A stretch of 63,999 nucleotides of DNA, filler included, from Basidiobolus ranarum (taxonomy: Eukaryota), in the NCBI GenBank assembly GCA_040143965.1. It is 4 parts of 4 records of this genome, joined end to end, with 100 filler letters (N's around TTAATTAATTAA, not from the genome) between each part and the next. Parts side by side here need not be neighbours in the genome. Positions count along the whole stretch, not along the records: positions 33,469 to 50,057 come from JASJQH010000337.1; positions 50,158 to 63,999 come from JASJQH010000456.1; 2 more parts are not named here. One strand, given 5' to 3'. This document shows positions 42,936-54,465 of this stretch, piece by piece; positions within the stretch are counted from its first letter, which is position 1, and each line of letters opens with the position of its first letter. A model generated the notes under the pieces. It was not told the origin of the DNA, ran no database searches, and saw only the letters and a list, made by a program, of their open reading frames with translations. The position numbers were made by a program, and so were the translations under genes.

Positions 42936-44078
42936 ACCACATGTCATCAATAATCTTAAACATGGACCACACATCATCCAAACTAGTCATTTTTGGTCCT
43001 CAGCTTCTACTCTCAATTTCTTTATCAATTATGTCCCCATGAATTGACCTATCTCTGCTACTCCACTATCAAAACTATTCACAGTATTTCTATATTTCTT
43101 TTATTCATTTTTAGTATCGATTTGACTATTCTGAAGTATATATCTCTCGCTCTGCTTCTCTGTTTACAACTGCAACACGTTGAGAAGGGAATATGGAGGA
43201 TGCTGGTTTACAATCTCGCTTAGAATGTACCTTTTGAACCTAAACAAAATTTCAACCATTTCAGCGAGAAACGAATCTCGCTTCTCAAATAGGAACTATA
43301 TCACAGTGATTATACATGTATTATTAACAATATATATATTCTTTCCCTTCATGATTACTATTATCTTATTTGCTAGTTTCCATCTTCTCTCTCAAAGCCA
43401 CCATTTTGTATTTGTTTTTGCTCAAATGAACCAACTTGACTCAAATGCGAACTATCCTTAAATTATATCCGCTCCATTTCATTAGTGATGAAGGTAGTCA
43501 CGTGTTCGACATCTTGGTATATTCAAGATGCTCATCTAATTATTTAATGTGTACCATGTTCTGTTGTATGGTATTTTCGTATGGATGGCTCCAAGGGGTG
43601 ATTGATGTATTTGTTTATGTACCCAGAAGAGAGGATGATTCACAAGGGAGTTGTAGGATTCTGAATTCGAAGATATCCCCCGGGATTTCTTTCTAACTCA
43701 TCAACTGTGGACATGGTAATTTTACTCATTTTATTAACTGAGAGTGTATATGGGATGCTCTGCTTGCAAGTCACCACTAACAAGAAGTAGATTGCAGGTA
43801 TAGTCACAGACGAAAAAAAGTAAATCGGAAACAAGCGAGATTTCGTGAGATGGATTGTTGAATTAGTATACACTGAGCATTAATCCCTCTTATCATATAC
43901 ATTGAGCCTATTTTTTCATCATCAGATTTTCTGAAGTAATTGCTTCGACAATTTCCGGATCAAATAAACGTTGGGGAGGGGAGGATTTGGGCTGACTAAG
44001 TTCTCAACATTATCACATGCCAAAGTCTTGGAATGTTCTCACCTCATGAAATACGTCGTGGAATCGTTAGTTTTTAGT

Positions 44079-45265
44079 TTATCCAAAATTATGGACTTTG
44101 TTCATCCGACTGTTGATCTCGTCGCAGGGCCATTCGAACTCAAATGGTTCTGAACTGATCATTGCTTTTTGCTTCATTTCTTTGCATAACTCATGCAGCT
44201 CTTCCACTAGAAGATCAACATACTCGATTGAGAGATTTTCATCTTTAGAGTTCAATGAAAGTATTGACGATTGCAAATTACATAGACCTTCCTGTTTGAT
44301 ATTAGGTCTCGAATCTACTGGCGTAACCACATCAACATCCACATTGAAATGGCCAGGAAGGTTGTTGGAGGCAGGCAAAGGAATCTGTGAGGTAACAGGG
44401 ATGGATTCTTTGCCCTGCGATAAACCATCTTCTGGTGATATATCCTTTGAGGTTAGACTCAGATGGGTTTGAGGGAGTATCGGACTCATGGCAGGAAAGT
44501 TTACTGGAGTAGTTGAAGTATCTCTATTCATTTCATCCATAGTTACTGAAGATGGAGATCTAATATCTGTCATGGAAACAGAGGGAGAAGAAATAAAATC
44601 ATTCATCGAGGTACTAGATGGTGAGAATACTGGTGACGCCAAGTATGAAAGATTGGTGGGTTTGAATTCAAAATTTGGACTAGTTTCCTTGATGTTTTTA
44701 AGTGTGGTTTGTAATTTATCATTGGTTTGTTGTAGTTCGCTAGTGAAAACTTTTAGTTGACAATTTTCTTCTTGGGCTTTTTCATGAAGTCTCTCCAGTT
44801 CATTAATCCGATCCAATAACTGGTCTTGTTCGTGAGTTTTACGCTCACGAAACAATCGTTGAGCCTCACGATTTTGCATTTGGCGTTTCTAGTTGAGAAT
44901 AGGAATATGTAATTAGGATTATTTTGTAATAAGGAAAAGTGTATCTATCATAGAACCACGTACGGAAATAGGGGCGGTTGAGACTTTCTTACGTCCCGGT
45001 TTCTTTGGAGAATTGGAGTTTTCTATGTAAGAGTAAGAAAAAGAAGTTCAAGAATAAAAGTAAATCCAATAAACCGGTACCATCTTCGGCAGTTTCTTTC
45101 TTGCGTCTTCCACGTTTCCCTTAACGTTTAACATTAAACAAAGTTGAAAGTGATATATTGTAGACACCAATGGATACCTTTCTTGGAAGTGGGATTTATG
45201 TCCCAGGAAGAAAAAGGAGAGGTGGTGTTATTGGTTGGATCATGTATTATAAAAGTGTTTTGCAT
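44079..45265 (-). CDS. AP-1/Yap1-like bZIP transcription factor
   Basis: Spliced N-terminus MQNTFIIHDP..GKRGRRKKE..PKKPGRKK, then KRQMQNREAQRLFRERK plus leucine zipper. C-terminal ELCKEMKQKA resembles the Yap1/Pap1 c-CRD. Confidence 0.82.
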
Positions 45266-48193
45266 TGTGTTCTAAGTTGGAGATTTGAGCTCGTTTATGT
45301 TTGCTACGAATACGGTGGTAAGAAGGAAAGGTACTTTGACGCAGTCCGGATTCATTTAAACAATATCTGAAACTCTATTTGAACTATATGGGTAGATAAA
45401 AAGTATTGATTCATATTGCTACAATTCCCATTCACCCTTATCAATGAATGTGATTGGCAGACAAGAGGCAACCAATCAACAAACCATAGACACTGGGGCC
45501 AATAAAGCACCTATATCTCAAGCTCTTACTGCATGCTCATATCGAGCGACGTCACAAATATTCCTTCACTGAATTTTATGAAATATATAGCAGATTCACA
45601 TTTGTTTCATTATTATGGTAATTAAAATCACTTTCGAGAATATAATCAATGCTTCTAAATCTAACTGAATGGTGAGTATTGTGATCCAACTCTCCAACAC
45701 GCAATTTTGTTGGTTAGTCCCTGGAGTTTGACTTGTACACCCATCCATAAGGCTCTTCATCAATTTTTGCATTTAATTAGGCAAAAGGTTAACAGATCCA
45801 AGGAACAAACAAATAAATAATAGCAAGTATAATAAACGCCTATAGTTAAGAAAGTGTATATCTTGGAGGCACATCACAGATATGAAGCATTATTAAGTAT
45901 CAATAAGTCACATCCACTGATTAACGATGCTTTTAAAACCATCTTCAAAGTTACTTCAAGATAGCCTTGCAAGTCATCTTACCGTTGTTTGATATTCCCC
46001 TTGTTTTGCTCATATCGATGAATACATACAACACATGTTAGCGATTCACAAGGTGCGGCATATTCTTTTCCAGGATCAAATTCATTCTAGAAGAAATAAT
46101 CACTCAAAGGGTGTAGTTCTAGAACACACCCAATATTCACTAATGTAGTCTCAATCAACTAAAGCTGCTGGTTACTAAGAGGGTATATTTTTTATACGTA
46201 GCCAACATTCTGTTCTAATGTTCCACATTAAATAATAACAATACATTTGTTACAACGTAGGAAATTTTTACTTCAAGTATAGACCATTTAAACACTACAA
46301 GCTCGAAAAGTCAAGCATACATGATCGTAGAGAAGTGGATATAAAAATTCTCTTCGTATTGGAACCAGACCGAGTTTTAACGGCGTGAGGAAGGAACCCA
46401 AGAGCCTGGCTCGAATGTGTCGCCTTGACCTGCAGGTTCGGGGGATATGATAACCGCTGAATGCAAAATCAACATCTCTCGAATTAATATCTCACGTTAA
46501 TTCTAGAACCTAAATACTAGTGACACTTACGTTTCTTTGTTGTTGCTTTACTATCTGTCTTAGGGGCTTTAGGCGTATCTAAAAGATGGAGAAAGGTTAA
46601 CATCGGCTTACCTTAAAAAAATATATGGAAGGAATACGATAAAAAGCATACTTTGAGAAGCGTCTATTTCATTACCAAGTAGTTTCTGTGTTTCTTGTTG
46701 AATTTGTATCTTGCGCTAAGTTTAAAAATACTCTAGCAAGTTCACAATATAGAAGGGCGAAAATGAATGTTCAAACCTGTTGCCACTGTTGATCCAAATA
46801 CTGTGCTCTTTGCACTGTTTGAGCCATCTTTCTTTCAGCCAACATGATTTCCTGTATTACATTAGATTATTGTTATGACACGATCAAAGGAATCGTCTTG
46901 TAATGTATGTACTTGAATTGTAGGAGGATCTACACGTGTATATCTAAGCCAGGAATGCCATTGAACTATTTTAGCAAGATAATAGTATCAGTAATCATTA
47001 TACTTCTTACGCCTCGTTTAATGATTTAGGAAAAAAACCTGGAATTTTGCTGGTATTATAAGACAAAACATCCTCGCTTCTTGGCTCAACTTTTCTTCGG
47101 CAGTATCCTTTTTCTATTAAATGGAAAGAAACATGGAGTTAGCTTTGACCGAAAGTTTAAAGCAAGTAATATGAGTATATAATACCTGGATCTGGCTTAG
47201 TAGTTTCATAGTATTGATTACCGTGTTGATCTAGGCCAACCAAAACTCTTCTTCTCCAAGGAAATCTTATACTTTTCCAGCGGAGTATAAAGCTACTACT
47301 CATTATATAGGATTGCTTGCTACGACCTTGACCAGTTTAGAGGATGATTATTGGAAATTTTCTACTAATTCTTGGTATATTCCATTTAAGCACTCCCCCA
47401 CATTAATGATTGATCGAAATGAACCCCACATTTCAAATTTACCCGAGATTATCCTACAAGTCACGCCAATATACACACATAAATTGCCAGTATTGACCAT
47501 CAAGTATCTCATGTAGGTTCTTGCATCTAACTACAGAAGGGATTTTTCAATACTTTAAGTAGATTTATAGGGAAAACTATGGGAGCTAAATAAATGGATA
47601 AGAATAAGCGTCACCATCACTGTAACGATGCTACTAAGGAAACCACTCCACATGAACAAAGTGAGGCTTTGACGAGCCATCAGTCAAGAGATACCAGGGT
47701 TGGTTTCAAATATACTTTAGTCATTCTGGAATAAACTAATCGGAAAAAGTTGCATATGTTTACAAATATTAGAACGGATAAGTCTGTGACCATCAAGTTT
47801 TAGAAAATTCAAATACTGGTTTGAGAGGTTGCTCTAGGTGTCATACCAATTTTTATGATAGAGTAAGGATACCATGATGCTAGATGGATCATCTTCAACA
47901 TAAAACGGAACCAACTCAAAGTCCGATAAAAATGGCAGTTACATGATGCTCTTTCATAGTATACATACCCGCAGAGCTGATCTGTTCGATCGATTTCAAG
48001 AGAATCTAAAACTATTCGGTATGTGAGGCTTCCAGTCTCATTGCAAACTTTCTATTTTAATCTGAGTAAAAGTTTCACTATGAAGTGTTATTTCACGTCA
48101 TAGATGTGTCAAGTCAGTGCAACGTTCAGGGGGATCCAGAAAATGCCAGTTTAAATACCTTCACCAATGTGCGGTCAGATTGTAGCCTCTATT

Positions 48194-50044
48194 ATGATAT
48201 CGAGATATATACATATCTTGTGGGTTGCTTTAGTAACTTTGGGTATATCTCCGGTGGCCACAGTAAAGCCATCCGAGGATTTCTACCTTTATGTGAATGA
48301 GGAATGGCTAAATAAGACCACTATTCCACCCGACTATTCCAGTTGGACTGCCTATAGCGAACTACACTGGCAGAACCTGTTAACGATCAAAGAGATCTTG
48401 GATAGTCATCTTGATCAACCCGCGGGAGATCTAATTGGCGATTTCTATGGGTCAAGTATTCATAAACCACCACTCCAAGATCCTCTAGAATCATTAAGAA
48501 ACCTACTCAATGCCATCGACAAAATTGCTGATAGAAACGATATTGCCAAGATCTTGGCTCGATTCCATCGTGAGCAACATAGCATTCGTGGTGCACGCCC
48601 TTTGTTCAAACTTGACGCAGAAGCAGACAGCAAGAATTCTAGTATTACTCTTGCTTCAATATACCAAAGTGGTCTGGGATTACCAGGGAAGAATTACTAC
48701 TCAGAGGCGAAAGCAAGTGTTCACAAGCCATATGTACAGCATATTCAGAACATCTTCCATCTGGCGGGTCTTGCCGACCCATCCAAACAAGCGAGCATGG
48801 TATTCGAGATGGAGAAGGAGATCTCAAAAGGTTGGCTCACGAGAGAAGCTAAGCGGAATGTTCAATTGACCTACAACAAAATGACTTTTGATATGTTAAA
48901 GACATCCTTCCCCGGGTTTCCTTGGTCTATTTACTGTGATAATTTAGGTCTGGTGAAGTGGAAATGTTTTGGCGGTGGTGATGTGTTGTTTCAGAATCCA
49001 TCTTTAATGAAGCATATTTCCGATACTTTCCAGAAGTTTGGTCTGGATCATTGGAAAGCGTACTTGAGGTGGTTTTTAATCAGTGGAAATGCACGGCATT
49101 TGGGTGACCACTTTTACAAAGAGAATTTCCAATTCTTCGGTAAACATCTAAGGGGGCAAAAAGCGCCGAAGCCTTACTGGAAACTGGTGATATCGGAGAT
49201 ATCGCGATATCTTCCCGATTTACTGGGGAAATTGTATGTGGAAAAGACGTTCTCTCCAGTTGCTAGAACACAAATACTAGAATTAATAAAGGATCTCCTA
49301 AGTGCCATATCGCAGCGTCTAAGTAAACTCGATTGGATGAGCCCCAAGACCAAAGGATTTGCTTTAGAGAAAATCCAACAACTCAGTGTAAAAGTGGGTT
49401 ATCCGGATGTATGGATAGATTACAAGGCTGAAGGGCTCTCTTTAGATCGAAATGCTCCCTTCATTCAAAATTTACGGAAAGCCGCCACCGCTGATTTTAT
49501 TCGAAAATTGAAGCGTATGAATGGCCCCACCGATAATAATCTGTGGGAGATGGCAGCATTCGATGTAAACGCATACTACTCGCCTAATCGCAATGAAATC
49601 GTATTTCCAGCCGGCATTCTCCAACCGCCATTTTATTACGGCCCCACCAAACAGAATCCTTTCGGAGATCCTGCAGCAAACTTCGGTGGTATTGGTGCCA
49701 TTATTGGTCATGAGATCACACATGGATTTGATGATCAAGGTAGAAAGTATGGGCCAGAAGGTAATCTACAAGATTGGTGGACGAAAGAGGATGCGGAAAT
49801 GTTTGATACCAACGCTCAGGAGATAGTGGATCAATTCAACCAATACAGATTGAAAGGAATCCCATTGAATGGCAATCTAACCCAAGGAGAGAACATAGCA
49901 GATTTGGGTGGTGTGAAGCTGTCTTATGTTGCCTTCAAGGAGTGGCTCAAAAGGACACTGTTAAGTGGAGTGGGAGGGAGTAACAAAGGTAAAAATGGTT
50001 TGTCAACAATGGAAATTAGTGGAATGAGACTAGGATTAACATAA
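48194..50044 (+). CDS. M13-family zinc metallopeptidase (PepO/neprilysin-like), intronless, C-terminally truncated
   Basis: Hydrophobic N-terminus from the ATG at 48194 (ORF track opens at 48167). Motifs KPSEDFYLYVN, VNAYY, NEIVFPAGILQPPF, GHEITHGFDDQG (HExxH) and GENIADLGG. Confidence 0.92.
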   Translation: MISRYIHILWVALVTLGISPVATVKPSEDFYLYVNEEWLNKTTIPPDYSSWTAYSELHWQNLLTIKEILDSHLDQPAGDLIGDFYGSSIHKPPLQDPLESLRNLLNAIDKIADRNDIAKILARFHREQHSIRGARPLFKLDAEADSKNSSITLASIYQSGLGLPGKNYYSEAKASVHKPYVQHIQNIFHLAGLADPSKQASMVFEMEKEISKGWLTREAKRNVQLTYNKMTFDMLKTSFPGFPWSIYCDNLGLVKWKCFGGGDVLFQNPSLMKHISDTFQKFGLDHWKAYLRWFLISGNARHLGDHFYKENFQFFGKHLRGQKAPKPYWKLVISEISRYLPDLLGKLYVEKTFSPVARTQILELIKDLLSAISQRLSKLDWMSPKTKGFALEKIQQLSVKVGYPDVWIDYKAEGLSLDRNAPFIQNLRKAATADFIRKLKRMNGPTDNNLWEMAAFDVNAYYSPNRNEIVFPAGILQPPFYYGPTKQNPFGDPAANFGGIGAIIGHEITHGFDDQGRKYGPEGNLQDWWTKEDAEMFDTNAQEIVDQFNQYRLKGIPLNGNLTQGENIADLGGVKLSYVAFKEWLKRTLLSGVGGSNKGKNGLSTMEISGMRLGLT

Positions 50045-50057
50045 AGCATAAAGCGAG

Positions 50058-50157
50058 NNNNNNNNNNNNNNNNNNNNNNNNNNNNNNNNNNNNNNNNNNN
50101 NTTAATTAATTAANNNNNNNNNNNNNNNNNNNNNNNNNNNNNNNNNNNNNNNNNNNN
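50058..50157. other. Artificial contig spacer
   Basis: 44 N + TTAATTAATTAA + 44 N. Confidence 0.98.
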
Positions 50158-52091
50158 GCAAACAAAATTGGAGGAAAGGTCACAAATACCATGGACGATG
50201 CTACTTATAAACGTTGCCAAAGAATACTCAAGAAGTTATGGTCGAATCCATCCTCTGAACCGTTTCAGTTGCCAGTTGACCCTGTGGTATTGAAAATCCC
50301 AACTTATACGGACATTGTTAAAGTACCTATGGATCTAAAGACTGTCAAAGAAAAGTTGGACCGAGATCAATATATTTCCATCAGAGAATTCGAAAAAGAT
50401 ATTCGCCAGGTATTCTTCAACTGTTTCCTGTTCAATCAACCTGGCACTTGGGTGTTTGAAGAAGGTAAGAAGATGGAGGCCTACTTTTACGAACTGTTTG
50501 ATCGTGATAAGCCTAGACGCCCTATACTATCCGAAGACAAACAGAGCTTACTAAGGCTGGTTCAAAAGCTGATCAAGAGCAAGCATTCGTCTTTATTCCG
50601 AGAGCCGGTAGATTGGGTGTCATTACAGATTCCAGACTATCCGCGAATTATACGACATCCTATGGATTTGGGAACTATAAAGGATAAGTTAGAGAACGAT
50701 CAATATCGAACCTGGGTAGATTTTGAAAGAGATATCCGATTGATATTCAACAACTGCTTTACTTTCAATCCGTCTGGAACATATGCTCATGAAGAATGTC
50801 AGTACTTGGAGAACTATTACTTTGAACGTTATCAGGAAATAAAGAGCGCTTTGAAAGTCATCCCTGATGTTTCAAGAACTCCATCCCGGGAACCTAGTAT
50901 TAAGCGAGAACCGGAACCGGTGATTATGACTCCTGAGCAATTGAAATTGTGTGAAAAAGTATACAAAAAAGTAGCCGGTAACAAAAATGCAGCAGCTTTC
51001 CAAGAACCCGTACGTTGTTTGATTTCTTTTTTTGCTTTCTACATTTTTTAACAAACTTATCACCAACCAAGGTTGACCCGATTGCTATGGGCATACCACA
51101 CTACTTTGATGTAGTCCGTAACCCAATGGATTTCAGTACAGTTTATAAAAAACTCAAGGCCGGAGAATACTCTACTCCAAATGAATTCGAGACGGATGTG
51201 CGCCAGATATTTAAAAACTGTGTTACATTTAATGGACCAGAACACTATTATTCACAACAAGCGATGTTACTGGATAAGATTATGGACAAGGAAATGCTCG
51301 CCTTTCAAAATTTAAAGCCGGTAGCAAAGCAGAATGGAGGCAGTAGTAGCAAGAAATCTAGCAAGCAACCGAAAAAGGAATCCGCAATGTCCATGACTGC
51401 CCCTATTACCTCCCCAGCTCAAAGCTCAAGAATGTCTATTCCGCCTAGTCCCAAAACCCTAGATAAAGTAGCACGGAAAGCATGTGAAAGTGTGTTGACA
51501 CGAATCAAGTCACACCCTTCCTTCGAACCTTTCCAGGCTCCTGTGGATATCAAAGCCTTAGGTATTCCACATTATTATAAGGTTGTTAAGCATCCAATGG
51601 ATTTTGGTACAGTCGAGACCAAACTTCGAAGTGGAAAATACCAGAACATCGAACAATTCGTTGCCGATTCCCAATTAGTATTTGAGAATTGCTACGCTTT
51701 CAATATTCCAGGGGATGCCGTCTATGTTATGGGTCAAGAGTTGCAAAGGTTATTTGAAAAAGCGTGTAAAAAGTATGGCTTACTAGAAGCTCTTGAGAAC
51801 TCTGCTACTGAGCGGAGCGCTGCAAAACGTGTGCATCCTGAAGAATTTGAGCAATCTGAGGTATGTATCGTACTAATTCATTTTAAAGTTTTCTCTCAGA
51901 TGATTGACATATTTCTATAGCGCCATGAACGAAAACGTAAGAAGGATAGAAAAGAGAAGAGAAAACACAAGCATAGTAGTCATCGTGAGGATATTGAAGA
52001 ACAATACTCAGAATCAGAGAATAGTCGTGCTGCAGCATCACGAACCTCGCCTCAACCTCAAGTCCGTTTAAAGATCAAGATTAAACACTAA
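50158..52091 (+). CDS. Multi-bromodomain protein, C-terminal part (at least 4 bromodomains); 5' end probably cut by spacer
   Basis: Four F..PVD....IP.Y..I/V..PMD...NC..FN units. Introns 51010-51071 and 51861-51920. Basic His/Lys-rich tail ending RLKIKIKH* (TAA 52089-52091). Confidence 0.88.
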
Positions 52092-52989
52092 CTCTGGTTA
52101 ATTCAATTGTATCCACACTCTCTCCGTAGTCCGCACCTTTTAAACTATTGTAATTTTGAACTTTTTAGTGTGCACTATGAAGAAATTGTTTATTGTTGAA
52201 TCAAATCTTTGGCAGCATCTGAATGTTTTCTTGAGCGATATGTTTTTTTACTCCTAGTACTCACTTATGAATGCATTCTTGCCAGCGATCTTTGCCGCTT
52301 TCCCTCACTCTAGAAATGTTCACATGACTACCTTCTGTAAATAGATACAAGACCCGATAAATGACAGATTAAAGGACTATTGGTAGCACTAGTATGTCAT
52401 TCGATGAGAATCTAGTATACGAAGGATTCAATTGCAGGATTTGTTTATATTCTGAAGATCTGGCTTATATTAACTTGATTTCAAACGAGCCTTAGAATGA
52501 GTTCTGTTTGGCCGAAAATATCAAAATGGAGTTGGGTGTGAATTTCCCGTTGACCCAGCTAAGATAGAACGAATCAAAATAGCCCCCAATTGTAGGTCTA
52601 AGGTATGCAAAAATACCTGTTAAATCTATGTAATCAACAATCCAAATTAGGATGAGCCTGCAAATACGCTCATAACACAACATATATTAATCTCTATGAA
52701 GAATAAGTTCTCTTGTATGTAGGCTCAGTGCCCATACCCTCGATTTCACTAAAGTTACACGCAGTCTGTTACCTGAACCTTTGTACTACTCATTGGTTCT
52801 GCTAATTCCTGAAATTTCCCAAAACAGATAACTGTTTGGTCTCCAAGGCTTAAGATGACTATGAGTTTACTTGTGCACATTCAACATCCTCCACTCGATA
52901 CACGTTGGATGTGGATTCCCTTGTTTCACGTATTGTTTAATACCTCCGAGAGATGAGGGAAGTTACTTAGAAAAAGCTTCCTCTTTCCC

Positions 52990-53464
52990 ATGCTCCTTCT
53001 CTTCCTACAAGCCGTTGCCTTGATTACTGTGACTGTATATTACTATCGGATATTACCAAGCACAGTTCCTTTTTTCTATGCTCGTAATGGTCAGGGTATT
53101 ATTATACGACCCAGGAAATTGTTCTTTTCACATCAGTTACTAGTGTTTTTGGTGGTTTACATGATTCTATTACTTCTAGTGGGACTGAGTCTAATCATTC
53201 TGCCCATGAAATTCTCTCAGCCACTCATCAAAACCATCAACCTTGAAGGCGAAGAAAGAACTCTTCGTGAATTTGCGTGCAAAACCATACCATGGACTTT
53301 GGTTTTTACAGCTCAGTTCCTAATTGAAAGCTTTGAGGTACGTGGTATTCAGGAATGCATTGACACTAATCTTTTGTTTCACTGATTAGATGGCAGAAAG
53401 AGAATCGCCAAAGGTACTCCATTGGTTCTGGACAGCAGCGTGTATTTTTCTTGTTGAAAAGTAG
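52990..53464 (+). CDS. DUF1648-like small membrane protein, probably decaying paralogue
   Basis: YYRILPSTVPFFYARNG and VFTAQFLIESFE|MAER (intron 53338-53389). Aligns with the 53825-54465 gene but has an out-of-frame upstream ATG and an earlier stop. Confidence 0.55.
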
Positions 53465-53824
53465 AACTAATTTCGCATCGACTCTATCGACATGCCAAAA
53501 CCTTGCCAATCGAGCAGAACAAGACCTATCAGGTGGCATGAATCATTGGTATCGAAGACCTGAGACACGAACGGAGATATGATTCCACTTGTTTAGATGC
53601 TCTCATCTACATAATTGGGTATATCAAGGTCAGTAAATAAATCCAGGACACATTCCACTCAGTTTATTATGTACAAAGCAAAGTGTAGACGTAATTATTG
53701 CGTATCCTAACTCTATCCTGTTAGGTAAGGAAGTGCTGTACAAAGGTTGGTGCTGTTTATGGGTATTCATTAGGGGTAGGATATATGTTTGTTAAGTAAA
53801 ATGCCTGAAGAGCAGATCTATATC

Positions 53825-54465
53825 TTATATGAAGCTCGAATGCTCATATGTGTCCCAGGTACGACCTTCCTTCAAAGCGTTCCGGAGTCTGAAGAAAAGG
53901 ACCAAGCAAGTCACTAGCATTTCGAATAAGAAAAATACGAAAAACATCCAGAATAACCAGAAAATTTCGTTTTTTCCTCGTTTAGCGATCTAGAAATGTG
54001 AATGTTAGTGGAATGACTTTACTAGCAAACCCAGTCACATCAGGTAGGGAATGAATATACCTCAAAAGACATGGTATGTATCTCAAGTAGCAATTGTGCA
54101 GTAAACACTGCAAACCAGAGTGTTGCTTTGGCCACTAAGCCGCGGAATAATTTAAGTGTGCCTGGGTTTTCTTTTTCTGCTCTCGCCATATCCCCCAGTC
54201 CTATCGCGTATTTCGAAGAAAGTCTTGGCACTACGAATAAGGCTAAAGCAACTAATGCATAAACGAGAGGAAAAAATATAACCATCTTTACGGCATAATA
54301 GCCGACTTTATCTTGTTGTTTCGTCGGATGGCCATCATTATCAAATTCAGTGGTTACTTCTGGGGGCAAACTCGAATAATAAAATACAGAGATGGTCACC
54401 AAAATAATGCTTTGGAAAAGAACCACCGCCAAGGGGATAATAAAAGTTCGCATAAAGGTGGGCAT
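53825..54465 (-). CDS. DUF1648 (SdpI/YhfL-like) four-TM membrane protein
   Basis: TM helix followed by YYSSLPPEVTTEFDNDGHPTKQQDK (cf. Y..LP..IP.HF...G.PD...K). Intron 53990-54060. Exon 2 IAKRGKNEIFWLFWMFFVFFLFE...HSSFI*. Confidence 0.7.
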
